Shown one piece after another: positions 37,931 through 47,298 of a stretch of 64,000 nucleotides of DNA. Source of the stretch: Minisyncoccia bacterium (GTDB taxonomy: Bacteria > Patescibacteriota > Minisyncoccia > Phycocordibacterales > UBA9973); NCBI GenBank assembly GCA_041737125.1, contig JBGSSJ010000010.1, positions 22,354 to 86,353 of the forward strand, written 5' to 3'. The notes under the pieces were generated by a model, which was not told the origin of the DNA, ran no database searches, and was given only the letters and a program-made list of their open reading frames with translations. The position numbers were made by a program, and so were the translations under genes. Position 1 is the first letter of the stretch, and the number at the start of each line of letters is the position of its first letter.

Positions 37931-39956
37931 GCTTTAACCAAAGTGACACAAATGGTGAAAGTATCAGGTTCCATATGACCTTTAGTATTTCTAATAATTT
38001 ATTAGTATCAGGTACGACATCACCTGCATTTGCTGTTAATATATTAATATCTTGTTCTTCCATTTCTTCTGGTTGTGTTTCTACTATAGCGACTTTATTT
38101 TCTATAATTTTCTTTATTGACTTTGGTGCTACTATTTCTTCTACTTCTGGTTTTTCAACTTCTGTAGCTAGAACAATAATGTCTTTCATTTCTTCCTTTA
38201 TGGGTTCTACTTTATCACTGCCTCCTTCCTCTTCTTTTTCTTCTCCTTCTTTGTCGAAGGATGACATTATGTCATTCCAAGATAGATGTAGTGCTCCCGG
38301 GATAGCATAAGATGTTGCCCAAATACGGTTATTTATATTATCTGTAACTTGTTCCATGCCTCCATCTGTCTGCTGGGCGAGAGCCATATAACTATCCCCT
38401 TTTGCGACTTCAGCATTCAATGAATAATTGGCAGATAGTGCTTGAAGTGCCCAGCTTGTACCATATGAGTTACCGAAGGATCCATCACTACCCTGCTTCC
38501 CCACTAGATAATTCTCTGCTTTTGTTATAGCATCTTCTAATCCGGACATATTTTTAAAATTCCGTAATGCCATAATCCCTGCTGAAGTAGTATCCATATT
38601 CTCCCAAGACCCATCATTTGATTGCTTAGAAATTAAATAAGAAATACTTTTCTCTATAATTTCATCATTTTTACTGTAGCCTGCATTTTTAAGAACTATT
38701 AATGCAAAAATGTCATCGTTGATAATAGATGTATCTCCAAACTGATTCCCATCAAAAGATGAAATTATTTTCTCTATGTAATTTATACTTGTTCCGTTGT
38801 AAGGATTAATATCAAGAGCCATCATCGCCATAGCATGACGTTCATTATCAGTAAGCATAGTAGAATTCATCGGGTTATTCTTCATATACTCTGCCACTCT
38901 CTCTTTTGCACTATTTGCCCTGTTACCGGCACTAGATAATGCTATCGCCACCCAATCTGTATAAAGCGCGTCGCCGAACGATCCATCAGTATTCTGTTTA
39001 CTAATTAAATACGAAAGTGCGTTATCTACGGAGAAAGTTTTCGTAGTTGATCCACCACCTCCACCAGAAGAAGGTGCACTTACAGTGACTTCATACGAAG
39101 GAAAATAATAATCTTCTGATATGCCGACGTTATAAGTACCCGCTTCTACAAATGTGAGAGTTGCCTCCCCGTTATCATTCACGGGGTGAGTAGACACTAT
39201 TATAGGATTCCATGCATTATCCGGATTTGTTTTTGTAATACCTACACTTACACCAGTACGAGTAATCCAAGTATTATCCGTATAATTATATGATTGTGCT
39301 TTTGCTATTATGCTCTCGCTTATATTAATAGTATTACTGCTAAGCTCAATACGATATGGGTTACCGAAATAAAGATTAATAAATTCCCCACCAGTAAGCA
39401 TTGTCGTATCGATACTAGTCCATGGACTAAAGCCCCCAACTACATACTGCCAGCTATCACAAAGTGGTTCCATTTCCCCAACAGTAATACACTTTAAATA
39501 AAAAGAGGAGAAAGAATCGTAATATTGTAAATTCGATATTGTAAATGCATCACTTGCTTGATCTAAATTATATAGAACTCCGAGCACACTCCTTGCATTT
39601 ACTTGATGTAGATTACCATTACTATCCACTATCTCTATCATTCCCTCCTCTGGTAAATCTATATCACCACTATATATTACAGTATCACCACTGCGCATAA
39701 AAAAACTTTCCTTTAAGGTTATCTCTTCTTCCTCTATAATTTCCTCCTCGTCTTCTTCTATAATTTCTTCTATTTCATCTTCAACAACTTCTTCTTCTGG
39801 AGTAACTATTTCATCTTGGGCATCTTCTTCTGTTATAGGTTCACTGACAATTACCATTTGCTCCTCTACAGCAAATTCTTCAGCAGAAATATTAAAGGTG
39901 GGTACGAATATTATAAACGTTAGAACTATTGATAATAAGACTTTGTACTTTTTCAT
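37914..39956 (-). CDS. Secreted protein with acidic linker, DUF4430-like segment and prenyltransferase / squalene-oxidase (alpha/alpha-toroid) repeats; putative transcobalamin-like alpha-domain protein
   Basis: Signal peptide MKKYKVLLSIVLTFIIFVPTFNISA; EEEIIEEEE acidic tract; repeats LISKQNTDGSFGD / LISKQSNDGSWEN / LVGKQGSDGSFGN (QxxDGSW/F-G toroid repeats); C-terminal hydrophobic tail. Confidence 0.6.
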   Translation of the reverse strand: MKKYKVLLSIVLTFIIFVPTFNISAEEFAVEEQMVIVSEPITEEDAQDEIVTPEEEVVEDEIEEIIEEDEEEIIEEEEITLKESFFMRSGDTVIYSGDIDLPEEGMIEIVDSNGNLHQVNARSVLGVLYNLDQASDAFTISNLQYYDSFSSFYLKCITVGEMEPLCDSWQYVVGGFSPWTSIDTTMLTGGEFINLYFGNPYRIELSSNTINISESIIAKAQSYNYTDNTWITRTGVSVGITKTNPDNAWNPIIVSTHPVNDNGEATLTFVEAGTYNVGISEDYYFPSYEVTVSAPSSGGGGGSTTKTFSVDNALSYLISKQNTDGSFGDALYTDWVAIALSSAGNRANSAKERVAEYMKNNPMNSTMLTDNERHAMAMMALDINPYNGTSINYIEKIISSFDGNQFGDTSIINDDIFALIVLKNAGYSKNDEIIEKSISYLISKQSNDGSWENMDTTSAGIMALRNFKNMSGLEDAITKAENYLVGKQGSDGSFGNSYGTSWALQALSANYSLNAEVAKGDSYMALAQQTDGGMEQVTDNINNRIWATSYAIPGALHLSWNDIMSSFDKEGEEKEEEGGSDKVEPIKEEMKDIIVLATEVEKPEVEEIVAPKSIKKIIENKVAIVETQPEEMEEQDINILTANAGDVVPDTNKLLEILKVIWNLILSPFVSLWLKLGFLV

Positions 39957-39966
39957 AGATTTATTA

Positions 39967-40503
39967 TTAATTCATAAGACCTTCCCTCTTCCATTCGACT
40001 ACATCTTTATCTTTTAATACATACTGCGATACACCAATTTCAGCCTTTTTATCATTCACATAATAAATCCAATAAGCGCCCGACTCTCCTTTTACTCCAT
40101 TGATACTATCGACAAAGTAACCCATTCCTCCAAATTCTCTCCCTTCAAATGTAAAATTTTTACTCACATCACTCTTAACATTGTTCATTAAATCATAAAC
40201 GCTTTTATCTTTCTCAATATTTGTTTCGTAAATTTTGCCATCAACAATCAAACTTGCTTTTATTTCTTCGTTCACATCTTTATTTATTTCTTGCTTTTTC
40301 TCTACTTGTGGGCTCGGAGATATATTTTCATTCTTTATTGCAATATTTTCTTTTTCTAATTCAGGAGATGATATTACGTTCTCTTTATTATTAACTTCCG
40401 GAGCAAGAACCACTTTATCTTTCTTTACATACGGATAAACATAAAAAGCAATCAAGATAAGCAAGGAAACTATTATTATAATCTTATTTTTGATGTTTTT
40501 CAT
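39967..40503 (-). CDS. Membrane-anchored DUF4430-like (transcobalamin beta-domain-like) protein
   Basis: TM anchor, then C-terminus ...GAYWIYYVNDKKAEIGVSQYVLKDKDVVEWK typical of DUF4430. Start set at MKNIKNK (40503), because the upstream part of the ORF-finder ORF is occupied by a cobalamin riboswitch with terminator. Confidence 0.55.
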   Translation of the reverse strand: MKNIKNKIIIIVSLLILIAFYVYPYVKKDKVVLAPEVNNKENVISSPELEKENIAIKNENISPSPQVEKKQEINKDVNEEIKASLIVDGKIYETNIEKDKSVYDLMNNVKSDVSKNFTFEGREFGGMGYFVDSINGVKGESGAYWIYYVNDKKAEIGVSQYVLKDKDVVEWKREGLMN

Positions 40504-40506
40504 AAT

Positions 40507-40680
40507 AAAAAAACTGCCTTGGTGGGCAGAAGTATGTAGATGTAAATACATCTCTCCTGCTCGGGATACATCTATTGTATTAAGATCGGACTCGTCCTTA
40601 AACATTTTCATGTCAGGCTTTACCGTTGCGGCACAGTGGAGGGATTTACCTCACTTCCAAATACTATAGGTTAAATTTTA
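40507..40680 (-). promoter_or_regulatory. Cobalamin (B12) riboswitch with intrinsic-terminator expression platform
   Basis: Minus-strand sequence UUUGGAAGUGAGGUAAAUCCCUCCACUGUGCCGCAACGGUAAAG matches the cobalamin riboswitch core (GGGAA..GGUGAAAAUCC...GCCACUG..CCGCAACGGUAA). A B12-box-like GAGCAGGAGAGA lies downstream, and the terminator CUGCC-CACCAA-GGCAG + UUUUUUU ends 4 nt before the ATG of the DUF4430 gene. Confidence 0.6.
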
Positions 40681-40687
40681 AAATACA

Positions 40688-41221
40688 CTAAACTCTTCTA
40701 AGCTTCGAGACCAGGACTGGAATACTTAACTTGCTCTCTTTCCTTTCTTTTGCTAACCACATTTCTATCACTGGTGAGAGAACTATAGCAAATGCCACAT
40801 TACCTAGCAAGTGAAGAGCAGTGAATGGTATCTGACCTATGAGTGCACCCATGAATGATTGTCCGAAGAATAATGGCCCTAGGGTGAGTCCTGTAAATGC
40901 ATCATATAGAATAGTCGCTATGATTGCATACTTCACGTAGTTGGCGCGTCCTTTCCTATTCTTAAAGAAAAAGCTTGCACCTATTCCCACCATTCCATAA
41001 GCAAGTGCTGTGACAAGAGTCCAGACGCCGATACCTGCGGTTACAGAATCATATATGACAATACTCCCTGCTCCAAAGATGAAAGCCAAAAGAGGGCCAT
41101 AAGCTTTCCCGAAAGGCATAGACACAGCCATAATAGGCTCTATATTTGGAGCCCGGAATGGCAAAAGGCGCATAAGAAGCACGGCTACAAAGGCAATTGT
41201 GTATTTAACAGATTTTCTCAT
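40688..41221 (-). CDS. Small polytopic membrane protein, ECF-transporter S-component-like (putative cobalamin / corrinoid uptake)
   Basis: 177 aa, ~6 TM, Arg/Lys-rich N-terminus and no Cys; size and topology resemble ECF S components. Assignment is from context (B12 riboswitch, NrdJ), not from motifs. Confidence 0.35.
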   Translation of the reverse strand: MRKSVKYTIAFVAVLLMRLLPFRAPNIEPIMAVSMPFGKAYGPLLAFIFGAGSIVIYDSVTAGIGVWTLVTALAYGMVGIGASFFFKNRKGRANYVKYAIIATILYDAFTGLTLGPLFFGQSFMGALIGQIPFTALHLLGNVAFAIVLSPVIEMWLAKERKESKLSIPVLVSKLRRV

Positions 41222-41267
41222 TCGTATTTTTTAATTTGTAATTATTAATTCGTAATTCTTAATTGTC

Positions 41268-43580
41268 TTACACTATATCACAGACTCCAGCGACACAAGC
41301 AAGCTCCTTCTTCACTTCAGTTTCATCTTTTATCTCGTAAGTAACTATCTTTGAGAAATCAAACTCTGGCATTTTAGAAACTAATTCTTTGTACTTCCTC
41401 TCATCAATTGCTTCGTAAGGAGCAAGTTGGTAGACGTGGTTCGTGCGAGGTAAGAATGAAAGTCCTCCAACAATATCCCAGTTCTGATACAACCAGTGTG
41501 CAACTTTAATCCATTCATTCTCTCCGACTGAAATAGTAACAGATGGATTATGCTCTGTGTAATTTACTTTTACTATTTTCCAGTGTTCAAGCTGATCGAT
41601 AGCTGATATGTCATCTTTACAAATTGCTTTCTCTGGAGCTTTGAGTGGGAATTCGAGGACATAAGTATTCGCACCATCTTGTGTTTGCCCTACTTCTGGG
41701 TGATATGGCACTCCTTGGTCTTTCATCATTTTGAAAAGTGCATCTGTAGCAGAGATACGAACACGACGGATATAGAATGGTGAATGCCTTGGATGCATAC
41801 CTGATGCACAGTCAACTGTCTGTGAAACTGTCCCTGAGGGCTTCACACAAGTGATGCAAGTAGATTCATTAATACCGAAACGCTTTGCATAAATTTTATT
41901 CACACGGATCGCTTCGTTCTTCAACTTCTGTAGCATCTTAGCATCACGAGCAAGAGTCGAATCCCACTGGCCTGTGATAGACACACCGAGCAATCTTTCT
42001 GCTTCACAATTTTCTTTCCATTCTTTAGATAAGTATCCGAACTTCACAAGAGTTGATTGATAAGTACCTAGTATTGTTGCTACGCGAACTTTCCTCATCA
42101 AAGTCTCTTCTGTGTCCTCTGCGCGAGCGATAACTTCTGATAGATTACAGAATTGCTTTGAACGAAGGATTATTTCTCCGCAAGGATTCGTACCCATCTC
42201 GCCAATGAAATCTTTCGATACTTCTATTCGGCGCTTTGGAAGTGAAGTAGTAAGTGAGCCACGATTGAATATCCCTCTCTCTCCAGAGCCAGACTCCATA
42301 AGAGCAATCCATTCCTTTAGAAACTCTGTCTCTGTAGGTTTTGTATTATAGACTGCTGAGTTATTCGCAAGCATGCGTTGACCCTCATTCACCCAGAATT
42401 GGCCATTCTTTGCATCACGCATCTCCTTATCATCCAAATCAGACAGTGATATAAGGGCGCTACGGCGAACTCCACCAGAGACTACGCATTCACCAATCTT
42501 ACATATTATGTCATGAGCATCTATATTGCGTAGATGGCGACCTTGGCGACGAAGTATTCTCTCGCGAGTAAAACCAAGCAAGTCTATAAGTGGCTGAGGT
42601 CCAGAACTTTTACCCCCCATTGTTTTAAGTCTTGCCCCCGCAGGACGAAGAAGTGAGAAATCAAATTCTACATCGTTACCATCAAACCATGTCTTCATAC
42701 CATGCACGAATGCATCTGCCCAATCTTCTTTCGTATCAGGAACTACATATGTAGGTAACTTTTTACCACTTTGCATTTTGATTTGTGGAAGAGCTTGAAT
42801 ATTTTTACTTTCGATAGAGAATCCTACTCCTGTACCACACATTGAAATATAAATTATTTCTCCGAAATCTTGGAATGATGATGGTGCAATGAATGAACAA
42901 TTGTAAGCACATACATTTGTCTTCTCTGCGGCAGCACCTGCGAATTGCATAAGGCGCATTGATGGCATGGACTCTTGTCGGAGTATTGTCATACGTACTT
43001 CTTCGTACTCAGAATCTTTGAGAAGTTTTCCTAATTTACCTTTCATGAAATTTATATAACGATCGACTGTCTCTATCCAAGTCTCGCGTCTACTCTCTTC
43101 TTCAATCCACTTTGAATAAGATCTGTAGTAAACGAATTCAGAAAATGGATTGCGAAAATATTTCTTACTCTCGTCTGTCAATTTCTTCACATGCGGAGAC
43201 ACAGTCACACTATGAGAACGCAATCTTGCACGCTCTTCACGATAGAGAATGTAATCTTTGGATGCTTTTACATAGTCTGCAAGCATCAACTGTCTCTCTA
43301 CAGCGTCTTGTATAGACTCTACAGTAGGAATGAAACCTTTATTTGCCTTCACAATTGCACCTATTTCATCTACTACCTTTTTTGCTACTACTTCTGCCTC
43401 TTTTACAGAGCCTTCACTCGAAGCAAGCATTGCTTTATTAATAGCATTCACTATTTTTTCAAAATCAAAAGGTGTAACTTGACCATCTCTCTTTTGAACG
43501 CTTTTAATAAAACCATTCTTGTTTGAAACTTTTTTTGCGACCACTTTTTTCGCACTTGCAGATACTTTTTTTGAAGGCAT
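41268..43580 (-). CDS. nrdJ: Class II (adenosylcobalamin-dependent) ribonucleotide reductase with N-terminal ATP-cone
   Basis: ATP cone (VQKRDGQVTPFDFEKIVNAINKA); active-site TNPCGEI (class II signature, versus NLCxEI in class I); C-terminal redox pair CVAGVC; no nrdB or nrdG nearby. Confidence 0.8.
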   Translation of the reverse strand: MPSKKVSASAKKVVAKKVSNKNGFIKSVQKRDGQVTPFDFEKIVNAINKAMLASSEGSVKEAEVVAKKVVDEIGAIVKANKGFIPTVESIQDAVERQLMLADYVKASKDYILYREERARLRSHSVTVSPHVKKLTDESKKYFRNPFSEFVYYRSYSKWIEEESRRETWIETVDRYINFMKGKLGKLLKDSEYEEVRMTILRQESMPSMRLMQFAGAAAEKTNVCAYNCSFIAPSSFQDFGEIIYISMCGTGVGFSIESKNIQALPQIKMQSGKKLPTYVVPDTKEDWADAFVHGMKTWFDGNDVEFDFSLLRPAGARLKTMGGKSSGPQPLIDLLGFTRERILRRQGRHLRNIDAHDIICKIGECVVSGGVRRSALISLSDLDDKEMRDAKNGQFWVNEGQRMLANNSAVYNTKPTETEFLKEWIALMESGSGERGIFNRGSLTTSLPKRRIEVSKDFIGEMGTNPCGEIILRSKQFCNLSEVIARAEDTEETLMRKVRVATILGTYQSTLVKFGYLSKEWKENCEAERLLGVSITGQWDSTLARDAKMLQKLKNEAIRVNKIYAKRFGINESTCITCVKPSGTVSQTVDCASGMHPRHSPFYIRRVRISATDALFKMMKDQGVPYHPEVGQTQDGANTYVLEFPLKAPEKAICKDDISAIDQLEHWKIVKVNYTEHNPSVTISVGENEWIKVAHWLYQNWDIVGGLSFLPRTNHVYQLAPYEAIDERKYKELVSKMPEFDFSKIVTYEIKDETEVKKELACVAGVCDIV

Positions 43581-43726
43581 ATTTTATATAATTTTAGTTA
43601 ATAATAGATTCCCATTTCCTTGGGCATATATTATACCCTCACTATCACTCTACTCAAAGTGAATATCATGAAAATCCACAAGTATGTAGCAACATGTGCT
43701 ATCCGTCAATCCTACCCCACTTCTGT

Positions 43727-43760
43727 AAGCAAAATAGCTTTCAATTGAAAGCTATTTTGA
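43727..43760. terminator. Perfect 28-nt palindromic hairpin (AAAATAGCTTTCAATTGAAAGCTATTTT) between cysteine-rich cluster B and nrdJ
   Basis: 12-bp stem with 4-nt loop; weak U-run, so termination efficiency is uncertain. Confidence 0.45.
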
Positions 43761-43825
43761 TGTACAAATTCATAAATTTTTCTATAAATTGAAAAGAAAA
43801 GAAAATCAAAAATTTTTACTAGATT

Positions 43826-45541
43826 TTAGAGAACTTCCTGCTGGTAACAACTCTCACAGTATACCCTTTCCGGCCTATCTGGGGCATATGTAGTCTCGAA
43901 TTCTCTCCCACAACCATTACTACATAGTCTTTTATATAGTTTCATTGGATTTCGGTAGACTAAACGCTGGTAATGACGACAGTTCGGACAGTAGTGAGGT
44001 AATGGTAGTGAATTTTGCCTATAGAACAGAAGCTCTTCCTTTGTAAGCTTGAAAGCATTGGTACATTGATATTTATAATCACCTTTATTCGGGCATTCTA
44101 GGATATCATTTAGTATGTCATCTGTTACATTTTCTATACTATTAGGTAAAGTTTCAAAATTTTTTGTCGGAACGTAATTTCTTACTTCTGGCTCTTTCCA
44201 ATTAAGACCCAAGTCTATTATCTGTTCTTTTGTTTTAGGAAAGTAATCATGAGCCATAGTTTCATTATATCCAAATGGGCACATAAAATACGGGAAAAAG
44301 TCTCCATATGAAAATACTCTTCCCATGGAATCTTTCAATGGTAAATCCACCATATGCTTTCTCAGTAATGGTGATATTTTTAAATATTCTTCTTTAGAAT
44401 ATTGTTTATTTAAAATACAGTATTTAGCATTTTTCAAACCAACACAACCGAAACAGTCGGAGCAATTACGACAGTTCAAAGAGTGTTCCATGTTTGTAGA
44501 ATTAAAACAAACTACACATCCTATTTGATTACTTGAATCCTGACTACCAGAAATATTTTCATATTGCAATTCTCCATTTAAAACCCAACAACAATCTTTC
44601 AAATCTTTCGTATTAACAACTCTAAATGTATTAGAAATATTTTCAGATTTAAAAACATCAAAAGAATTATTTATGTCTTTTGAATTATTAATATGATCGC
44701 CTTTTACATTTACTGAATTCAAATTTTTTGCAAACTTAAATATTGCTTTTTCTTTAATTAAAGAAAATTCATTCCGTGCATTATTAAAACCAGAAAAAGT
44801 ATTCAACTTTAACTCTTTTACTTTTTCTAAATATTCGTCCTTACTTAATTGTTTATTTTTAAAGAAATAAGATTTATTTCTGAGGTTTGTTGATAAACAA
44901 CAGTTTGAACAGTTTGAACAATCGTACAGGAAATAAGAATCTATATTTTTATTTGAATCAATCACGAAATGACAATTATAATTTTCTAAACAATCTATAT
45001 TCCAAGAACATCTATCAATATTTCCACAATAAAGACAATCAAGTGAATTCTTCGAGTTATCAACATTTTCAGAGAATGAAATATCTTCTGAATTTACCAA
45101 AGAAAATGCTAAATATATATTCTTAGAATTAGCTACCGAATTAGAATAATCACAATTTATAACTGTACCACCAAGCTTATACTGAAAAATACGAGGTTGA
45201 ATATAGAATAATTCATTTATCTGATTAAATATCGGAATACTCAAATCAATTTCTTTTTGATACATAAATGGATCCCAATTATCCCCCATCCAACACTCTC
45301 CACACATTACAGGAGCTCCATCCTCTTTATAAACTGATAATAATGACTTAGAGCAAAGACTACAAGTACGTTTATAAAACGACCTATGATTTCTCCAGCA
45401 CATTCTCCTTATCATCCTGCACTCTGGGCAAAACGTAGGCGGTGGAACTTTAATTTTTTCATAGAAAGAAAAGTCTTCTAATTCAATAATGAAGTTCTCT
45501 TTGCAATTTTGACACGTTCGGTTTTCTACTTGATTTTCCAT
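43826..45541 (-). CDS. Cysteine-rich zinc-ribbon-capped repeat protein, paralog B1
   Basis: 571 aa; MENQVENRTCQNCKENFIIELEDFSFYEKIKVPPPTFCPECR ... CSNCSNCCLSTNLRNKSYFFKNKQLSKDEY ... YAPDRPERVYCESCYQQEVL. Confidence 0.85.
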   Translation of the reverse strand: MENQVENRTCQNCKENFIIELEDFSFYEKIKVPPPTFCPECRMIRRMCWRNHRSFYKRTCSLCSKSLLSVYKEDGAPVMCGECWMGDNWDPFMYQKEIDLSIPIFNQINELFYIQPRIFQYKLGGTVINCDYSNSVANSKNIYLAFSLVNSEDISFSENVDNSKNSLDCLYCGNIDRCSWNIDCLENYNCHFVIDSNKNIDSYFLYDCSNCSNCCLSTNLRNKSYFFKNKQLSKDEYLEKVKELKLNTFSGFNNARNEFSLIKEKAIFKFAKNLNSVNVKGDHINNSKDINNSFDVFKSENISNTFRVVNTKDLKDCCWVLNGELQYENISGSQDSSNQIGCVVCFNSTNMEHSLNCRNCSDCFGCVGLKNAKYCILNKQYSKEEYLKISPLLRKHMVDLPLKDSMGRVFSYGDFFPYFMCPFGYNETMAHDYFPKTKEQIIDLGLNWKEPEVRNYVPTKNFETLPNSIENVTDDILNDILECPNKGDYKYQCTNAFKLTKEELLFYRQNSLPLPHYCPNCRHYQRLVYRNPMKLYKRLCSNGCGREFETTYAPDRPERVYCESCYQQEVL

Positions 45542-45572
45542 TTGTAATTATTAATTCGTAATTTATAATTTT

Positions 45573-47288
45573 CTACAGTACTTCTTTCTGATAACATTTC
45601 TCGCAATAAACTCTCTCTTCTCTATCTGGGGCATATGTAGTCTGAAATTCTCTCCCACAACCATTACTACATAGTCTTTTATACAATTTCATCGGGTTTC
45701 TGTACGCTAGACGCTGGTAATGGCGACAATTTGGGCAGTAATGAGGTAGAGGCAAGCTCTTTTGTTTATAGAATTGCAACTCAGTAGGCATGATACGGAA
45801 AGCAGTGGTGCATTGTGTCAGCTGGTTACCATTATTTGGACAGGATATTGTTTGATTTAGTATATCTTCATTAACATCCGTAATATTATCTGACAAATTA
45901 TCACTATCAATTGTAATTTTATAATCTTTATTTTCTTTTTCTTTCCATGGATAACCAAGTTCTGTAGCTTTCTCTAAACTTATTGGGAAGTAATCTAAAT
46001 TTACAGTTTCATTATATCCAAAAGGAGAGAACTCAAATGGGTAGAATTCTCCATAGACATAAACTCTACCCTTACTATCTATATAAGGATTATCAATCAT
46101 GAATTTTCTTAATTTAGAAACAAGGGCCTCATATTCTTCTTTTTCATATTGTTTATTCAAGATACAATATTTAGCATTTTTTAAACCAATACAACCAAAG
46201 CAGTCGGAGCAATTCTTACAGTACAAGGAGTACTCCATATTTTTAGAAGACAAACAAAGTATTGAACCAATTTGATTATATGAGTTACTGCTTGCTGACA
46301 ATGATTCGTAAGCAATTTCACCAGTAAGTATATATGAGCAATCGAATATATCATTTGATTTTATTATTCTAGTTGAATAACGAATATTCTCTGCAGTATT
46401 TGATATGTCATATGAATGAAAAACATCTTTAGAATTAAAAATAAAATCTCCCGTAACATTCTGGCTTGATACTATGTTTGCATATTTATGAATTGCATCT
46501 TTATAAATAAAATCAAATTCTTCTTTAGTTTTATTGAAACCGGAGTATGTTTCGAGTTTTAGTTCACCAAGAGCCTTTTGATATTCTTCTTTAGTTAGTT
46601 TGATATTCTTGAATACATACTGCTGGTTCCTTAAACTAGAAGACAGGCAACAGTTCTGACAATTCACACAATCATAAAGGAAAGATGAATCAATACAAGA
46701 ACTGGAAGATAATATAAAGTGTGAGTTGTAATTCTTATCAGATAGCATGTTCCATGTGCATTGATCGAGATCATAGCTTGCAAAGGAGTCTATCGTATTA
46801 CGAGATCTATCTATGCTTTCAGAATACATTATGTCTTCACAATCTATGACTGAAAAACATAAATATACATTTTTACAATTAACTACTGAGTTACCATAAT
46901 CGCTATTAATAACATTCCCAATCCTATACTGGTATATGCGAGGCTGCTTCCTGAATAATGAATACAATTGTGAGAAGAAACTTGTAGTCCAATCTATTTC
47001 CATTCCATGCTCGAATTGATCCCAGCCATCTCCGTTATAACACTCTATACAATAGACAGGTACCCCGTCGTCTTTATACATTGATATTAAATTTTTACTA
47101 CAAAGACCACAACTTCTTTTGTATAAAGATCTATTATTCCTCCAAATCATTCTCCTTATCATCCTACACTCCGGGCAAAAGGTAGGTGGTGGAACCTTTA
47201 TCTTTTCATAGAAAGAAAAATCTTCTGGTTGTATAGTAAAACTCCCTTTGCAATTCTGACATATTCGGTTTTCCGTTTGATTTTCCAT
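45573..47288 (-). CDS. Cysteine-rich zinc-ribbon-capped repeat protein, paralog B2
   Basis: Start set at MENQTENRICQNCKGSFTIQPEDFSFYEKIKVPPPTFCPECR (47288); the ORF-finder start at 47372 would overlap B3 by 74 nt. Ends YAPDREERVYCEKCYQKEVL. Confidence 0.85.
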   Translation of the reverse strand: MENQTENRICQNCKGSFTIQPEDFSFYEKIKVPPPTFCPECRMIRRMIWRNNRSLYKRSCGLCSKNLISMYKDDGVPVYCIECYNGDGWDQFEHGMEIDWTTSFFSQLYSLFRKQPRIYQYRIGNVINSDYGNSVVNCKNVYLCFSVIDCEDIMYSESIDRSRNTIDSFASYDLDQCTWNMLSDKNYNSHFILSSSSCIDSSFLYDCVNCQNCCLSSSLRNQQYVFKNIKLTKEEYQKALGELKLETYSGFNKTKEEFDFIYKDAIHKYANIVSSQNVTGDFIFNSKDVFHSYDISNTAENIRYSTRIIKSNDIFDCSYILTGEIAYESLSASSNSYNQIGSILCLSSKNMEYSLYCKNCSDCFGCIGLKNAKYCILNKQYEKEEYEALVSKLRKFMIDNPYIDSKGRVYVYGEFYPFEFSPFGYNETVNLDYFPISLEKATELGYPWKEKENKDYKITIDSDNLSDNITDVNEDILNQTISCPNNGNQLTQCTTAFRIMPTELQFYKQKSLPLPHYCPNCRHYQRLAYRNPMKLYKRLCSNGCGREFQTTYAPDREERVYCEKCYQKEVL

Positions 47289-47298
47289 TCGTAATTTT

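Noticed and set aside
39967-40611. Longer ORF-finder version of the DUF4430 gene (start 40611) and the 18915-20738, 23278-24066, 13843-14295, 45573-47372 and 47299-49065 maximal ORFs
   Set aside because: In each case the N-terminal extension has no homology and would overlap a neighbouring gene or, at 40504-40611, a cobalamin riboswitch with terminator. Conserved N-termini (MKNIKNK, MPNHVELL, MAKKLIVGNWKMN, MPTINQL, MENQTENR, MEHQTENR) begin at internal ATG codons, which were used instead.
41268-43580. Class I (NrdA) or class III (NrdD) assignment for the ribonucleotide reductase
   Set aside because: The active-site loop reads NPCGEI, which is the class II signature (class I has NLCxEI). There is no glycyl-radical C-terminal motif and no adjacent nrdB or nrdG. 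The C-terminal Cx4C pair is shared by classes I and II and so is not discriminating.
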